Positions 59,686 through 64,000 of a DNA stretch of 64,000 nt are shown in pieces. Below the pieces are notes generated by a model. That model saw nothing but the letters and a program-made list of their open reading frames with translations, searched no databases and was not told the origin of the DNA. The DNA lies in contig OZ242005.1 in NCBI GenBank assembly GCA_965204725.1, forward strand, positions 5,184,001-5,248,000, read 5' to 3'. Each line of letters begins with the position of its first letter. The stretch's first letter is position 1. The stretch is from Candidatus Latescibacterota bacterium. GTDB taxonomy: Bacteria; Latescibacterota; UBA2968; UBA8231. The translations under genes were made by a program, and so were the position numbers.

Positions 59686-60903
59686 CTAAGCGCGGACCGC
59701 TGTGCGGGCCAGCCGGCGCTTAATGTTGGCTTGCATTACCACGTGATCGATCGCCGGCGCAAAGACATTGCCAAAGAGAATGGCCAGCATTACGCCTTCG
59801 GGAAAAGCCGGATTGATCACGCGAATCAGCACGGTCATAAAGCCGATAAGGCCCCCGTACGCCCAACGGCCGGCCGGGGTCATGGACGCCGACACCGGGT
59901 CCGTGGCCATATAGACGCAGCCAAAGGCATATCCACCCAGCACCAAATGCCAACTCGCGTCCATCTCGAACATCGGGTTGGTGTCGCTGCCAATCGCGTG
60001 CAACAACTCGGCTCCGACGACGGTCGCCGCCGTCATGCTGACGATGATTTGCCAAGAGCCGACTCTAGTCGCGATGAGGATGGCTGCGCCGATTAAGCAG
60101 GCTAGCGTTGATGTTTCGCCCATGGACCCAGGGATCGCGCCCAAGAAGGCTTGCGTCCAAGTCACCGCGTCGGTAACGGCCGCCATGCCGTCGGCCGCCG
60201 CCGCCCCCAGCGGGGTAGCATGCGTAAAGCCGTCGGCCGCGACCCAGACCGCGTCGCCGGTGATTTCGACCGGATACGCAAAATAGAGGAAGGCCCGGCC
60301 GGTCAGCGCTGGATTGAGAAAGTTTTTGCCGGTGCCGCCGAAGACCTCTTTGCCCAACACCACGCCAAAACTAATGCCAATGGCCACCTGCCACAGTGGA
60401 ATGGTCGGCGGCAGGGTCAAGGGAAAGAGCATGCCCGTGACCAAGAAGCCCTCGTTGATCTCGTGCTTGCGAACCATCGCAAAAAGCCCCTCCCACAGAC
60501 CGCCGACCATGTTGCACACCAAAAAGACTGGAAAGAAATAGAGGAAGCCGTGGAAGATATTGGCCAGCGCGTTGCTCGGATTGTAGCCGATGCCGAGGAT
60601 GTCGATGATTATCCCGCGCCATTCGCCCGTCGTGGTGGCCCCCACCTGCTGCATGGCCAGATTGGTCTGATAACCCGTGTTCCACATGGCCATGAAGATA
60701 CAGGGTACGAGCGCGGCGACGACCGTGATCATGGTGCGCTTGAGGTCAATGCTGTCGCGCACGTGCGTCGGTCCTTCGGTGACGCGACCGGGCGTGTATA
60801 AAAATGTATCGGCGGCCTCGTAGAGAGCGTAGAATTTTTCCAGCCGCCCTCCCTTGTGGAAAAGAGGCTCGGCTTGGTCGAGCAGATCTCGCAACACCTT
60901 CAT
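59686..60903 (-). CDS. nqrB: Na+-NQR subunit B
   Basis: [34 protein letters not shown]. Confidence 0.95.
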   Translation of the reverse strand: MKVLRDLLDQAEPLFHKGGRLEKFYALYEAADTFLYTPGRVTEGPTHVRDSIDLKRTMITVVAALVPCIFMAMWNTGYQTNLAMQQVGATTTGEWRGIIIDILGIGYNPSNALANIFHGFLYFFPVFLVCNMVGGLWEGLFAMVRKHEINEGFLVTGMLFPLTLPPTIPLWQVAIGISFGVVLGKEVFGGTGKNFLNPALTGRAFLYFAYPVEITGDAVWVAADGFTHATPLGAAAADGMAAVTDAVTWTQAFLGAIPGSMGETSTLACLIGAAILIATRVGSWQIIVSMTAATVVGAELLHAIGSDTNPMFEMDASWHLVLGGYAFGCVYMATDPVSASMTPAGRWAYGGLIGFMTVLIRVINPAFPEGVMLAILFGNVFAPAIDHVVMQANIKRRLARTAVRA

Positions 60904-60912
60904 TGAATGCGT

Positions 60913-62274
60913 CTATCCTTCTCTTTCAATGCGCGCCAAATTTCGCCGCAGTATGGGTCCGTATTCGTGCTTGCCGGGGCAGGCGAAAGTACACAGCCCC
61001 AAGTCCTCCTCGTCTAGCTCCAAGCAGCCGAGGGCTTGGGCGCGGTCCGTATCCTCGACGATGAGGGCGCGCAGGAGCAGGGTCGCGAGGATGTCCAACG
61101 GCATCACCTGCTCGTACGAGCCGATCGGCACCATGGCCCGGTCGCTGCCCTCGGTCGAGGTCGTGAAGCCGAAAAGCTGGCTGGGCAGCAGCTTGGAGGC
61201 AAAGACATTCTTGATGGAAAACTTATCGACGCCCGGTTTTTGCCACCCCAGAAACTCGCGCTCGCGGCCTTCGGCGAGCACCGAGACCTGCGCGTGATAG
61301 CGCCCGAGGAAGTCCAAGGGGCCAGCCGCGACGCGACCTGCTAGCACCGACCCGGCAATGACCCGATTCTCGCCCGGCTGGAGCTGTCCGGCGGTCAGCT
61401 CGCTCAGGCAGGCCCCTTGGCGGGTGCGCAACAAACGCGGCTGCTCCACTTGGGGGCCGCCCAAGGCCACGACGCGCTCGGTCCACAACGAGCCGGTGGC
61501 AAAGAGCTTGCCGCAGGCCACCACGTCTTGGTAGCCAATGTGCCAGACCGTTTTGGCCGCTCCGACCGGATCGAGAAAGTGGATGTGGGTGCCGGGCAAT
61601 CCCGCGGGATGCGGGCCGGCAAATTCGACGACTTGGGCCTCGGCGGCCGCGATGCTGACGCCGGGTGCCTTGCACACATAAACTGGCCCCTCGGTGAGCT
61701 TGCCCAGTAGGGTCAGCCCCCGAGCGAAGTCGTCTTCGCTTTCGCGGAGCACGGCTTGGGGGTCGGCCGCGAGGGGATTGGTGTCCATTGCGGTGACGAA
61801 GATCGAGTGCGGCGCGCTAGCGGGCATGGGCACTTTGCTGTAAGGCCGCGTGCGCAGCGCGGCCCAGAGGCCAGACTCAACCAAGGTGTCGCGCACCTGC
61901 TGGCGGCTCAGCTGGTCAGGGGCCGTGCCCACGTGCTGCTCAAAGCGCTCTTCCTCGTCGCCGGCGATCTCAATGACGACCGAGAGCAAGGCGCGTTTGG
62001 TGCCGCGATGGACGCCGATCACTTTGCCGCTCGCCGGCGACGTATAGCGCACGCCTGGGGTTTTCTTATCCTCAAAGAGCAACTGGCCCTTTTTGACCGA
62101 ATCGCCCTCGCTTACGGCCATCGTCGGCCGCAGGTCCATAGAGTCCACCCCCAAGACGGCCACCTTCCCAATCGCCGGACCGTCTTCAATCTCCTGCTTG
62201 GGCGCGCCCGCAATGGGCAGGTCCAAGCCTTTTTTTATGACAATTTTGCTACTGGTCACGTTCACCTCCCGCAA
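60913..62274 (-). CDS. nqrA: Na+-NQR subunit A
   Basis: [37 protein letters not shown]; start uncertain. Confidence 0.94.
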   Translation of the reverse strand: MREVNVTSSKIVIKKGLDLPIAGAPKQEIEDGPAIGKVAVLGVDSMDLRPTMAVSEGDSVKKGQLLFEDKKTPGVRYTSPASGKVIGVHRGTKRALLSVVIEIAGDEEERFEQHVGTAPDQLSRQQVRDTLVESGLWAALRTRPYSKVPMPASAPHSIFVTAMDTNPLAADPQAVLRESEDDFARGLTLLGKLTEGPVYVCKAPGVSIAAAEAQVVEFAGPHPAGLPGTHIHFLDPVGAAKTVWHIGYQDVVACGKLFATGSLWTERVVALGGPQVEQPRLLRTRQGACLSELTAGQLQPGENRVIAGSVLAGRVAAGPLDFLGRYHAQVSVLAEGREREFLGWQKPGVDKFSIKNVFASKLLPSQLFGFTTSTEGSDRAMVPIGSYEQVMPLDILATLLLRALIVEDTDRAQALGCLELDEEDLGLCTFACPGKHEYGPILRRNLARIEREG

Positions 62275-62490
62275 ACAGCCTCAAAATAAAAGCCAATGGG
62301 CGCGATGGAGCAAGCCATTTTGCGCGGCAATCGCGCTCCGGCCAAACTTGCCAACCCGGGCAAAACCTCGGACTTTAGACGAGCAGGCTGCCAGACGGAG
62401 CGAACACACGCCCCGCAGTTTGCGCCCCAAGCCGCAGCCGCTCTACCTATATCTTGCTGGTCTGCACCCTAAGCAACGGAGACGCGCCCC

Positions 62491-63489
62491 ATGAGCCTGA
62501 AGGCACCCGCCACGCGCGAGGAAATCGTCGCCCTCTACAAAAGCCCCGTACTCGACCTCGTGTACCACGCCGCGACCGTCCACCGGGCGCACCACGATCC
62601 CCGGCAAGTACAGGTCTGCACCCTGCTTTCGATCAAGACCGGCGGCTGTCCTGAAAATTGCAGCTATTGCTCGCAGTCGGCTCATTTCGATACGGGCCTC
62701 GAACGCCAAGAATTGCTGTCCTTAGCGACCGTGCGTGTGGCCGCCGAGCGCGCGGCCGCGGCCGGCAGTACGCGCTTCTGCATGGGCGCGGCTTGGCGTC
62801 AAGTCCGCGACGGCGCGGAGTTTGACCGCGTGTTGGACATGGTGCGGGCGGTCGCTGCCACCGGCATGGAAGTCTGCTGCACCTTGGGCATGCTCACCGC
62901 CGACCAAGCCCGCCGCTTGCGGGAAGCCGGCCTCCACGCGTACAACCACAACTTGGACACCGGGGAAAACTACTACCCCGAAATCGTCTCCACCCGCACC
63001 TATCGCGACCGCCTCGAAACCCTAGGCCACGTGGGCCGCGCCGGAATATCCGTCTGCTGCGGCGGCATCTTGGGCATGGGCGAGAGCGAAGAGGACCGCA
63101 TTGACTTACTCTGCGCGCTCTTGCAGTTACCCACGCCGCCGGAGTCCATACCGGTCAACTCCTTAGTACCCATCGCCGGTACGCCCCTAGGCGACCGCGA
63201 AAAAGTGTCCGTGTGGGAACTCATTCGCACAATCGCCTGCGCTCGCATCCTCTTTCCTCAAGCCATGGTGCGCCTCTCGGCTGGCCGCGACCAACTCTCA
63301 GTGGCCGAGCAAGCCCTGTGCTTTCTGGCTGGGGCCAATTCCATCTTCTCGGGCGACCGCCTTTTGACTACGCCCCACCCCGGCACCGACGCCGACCAAG
63401 CCCTCTTCGACCTCCTCGGCCTAGAAGCGCGGCCGCCGCAAGGCGCTTCAGAGCGCGTCGATCAGCTCGCAGAGGCAGTCGTAGATTGA
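62491..63489 (+). CDS. bioB: Biotin synthase (radical SAM)
   Basis: IKTGGCPENCSYCSQS, YNHNLDT, VRLSAGR, GANSIF. Confidence 0.97.
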   Translation: MSLKAPATREEIVALYKSPVLDLVYHAATVHRAHHDPRQVQVCTLLSIKTGGCPENCSYCSQSAHFDTGLERQELLSLATVRVAAERAAAAGSTRFCMGAAWRQVRDGAEFDRVLDMVRAVAATGMEVCCTLGMLTADQARRLREAGLHAYNHNLDTGENYYPEIVSTRTYRDRLETLGHVGRAGISVCCGGILGMGESEEDRIDLLCALLQLPTPPESIPVNSLVPIAGTPLGDREKVSVWELIRTIACARILFPQAMVRLSAGRDQLSVAEQALCFLAGANSIFSGDRLLTTPHPGTDADQALFDLLGLEARPPQGASERVDQLAEAVVD

Positions 63490-64000
63490 AGCTAGCTGAG
63501 GCCGCTCAATGCAGTAGGGCGGCAGCACGTACACGCTATTGCCCAAGGGCCGCAACAGAAATCCCCGCGCCAAAAATCGCTCCCGCAGCAGCGGTCCCAC
63601 CGCGTGCAGGTATCCTTCCTCGCCCTCGGCTACCACATCCGCCGCCACAATCGTACCGCACACCCGCACCCGCTTGAGCCGCTGGTGGCCGAGCAGACGC
63701 GCCGCTTCCTCGCGCTGCCAAGCCGCTAGACGGCGGAAAGGCCCGTTGGCGAGCAGGTCCAGCGAGGCCAGCGCGGCCGCGCATCCCAAGGGATTGGCCG
63801 TGTACGAGTGCCCGTGATAGAAGGCTTTAGCGGGATCGTCGTGATAGAAGGCCGAGAAAATCCGCTCGCTGCACACCGTGACCGCCATGGGCAAAAAGCC
63901 CCCGGTCAGCCCCTTGGCCAAGCAGATGATGTCGGGTTGGGTCGCGGCTTGCTCGCAGGCGAAAAGCGTCCCGGTGCGCCCAAACCCGGTCAGCACCTCG
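63448..64000 (-). CDS. bioA: Adenosylmethionine-8-amino-7-oxononanoate transaminase (C-terminal part; 5' end off window)
   Basis: EVLTGFGRTG, PDIICLAKGLTGGFLP, FYHGHSYTANP, LRPLGN.VY..PPYCI. Confidence 0.92.
   Translation of the reverse strand, partial: EVLTGFGRTGTLFACEQAATQPDIICLAKGLTGGFLPMAVTVCSERIFSAFYHDDPAKAFYHGHSYTANPLGCAAALASLDLLANGPFRRLAAWQREEAARLLGHQRLKRVRVCGTIVAADVVAEGEEGYLHAVGPLLRERFLARGFLLRPLGNSVYVLPPYCIERPQLASIYDCLCELIDAL

Overview
GC-rich bacterial chromosome segment. The FlgD-Ig/T9SS-like and 'WG/FG-x-L-K' secretion tails, the OPT-PqqD cluster and Na+-NQR suggest a Latescibacterota/FCB-related, possibly sponge-associated lineage; this taxonomy is inference only. The right half is mostly housekeeping: map, dnaE, comF-pfk-pgk-tpiA-secG-tRNA-Leu, an M16 peptidase, tRNA-Met, nqrA-F/nqrM, the full F1Fo atp operon, and bioB/bioA. 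The left half is accessory. It carries an OPT-like transporter/unknown/PqqD(RRE)/PAP2/recD2 operon, a sigma54-type promoter upstream of a heptad-repeat gene, an Hhe-type DUF4011-helicase-nuclease-DUF3320 defence gene, and an ABC exporter plus DUF1854. The most striking feature is a 6,250-bp element with no transposase gene (21700-27949). It is bounded by 12-bp terminal inverted repeats and a perfect 9-bp target-site duplication, and it splits a DUF1016/YhcG gene. Its cargo is a 1467-aa secreted Ig-repeat protein (preceded by a pseudo-palindrome plus C26 tract), a small membrane-anchored coiled-coil protein and a RelE-type toxin-antitoxin pair. No CRISPR array or rRNA was seen. All family calls come from motif recognition by eye, not database searches.
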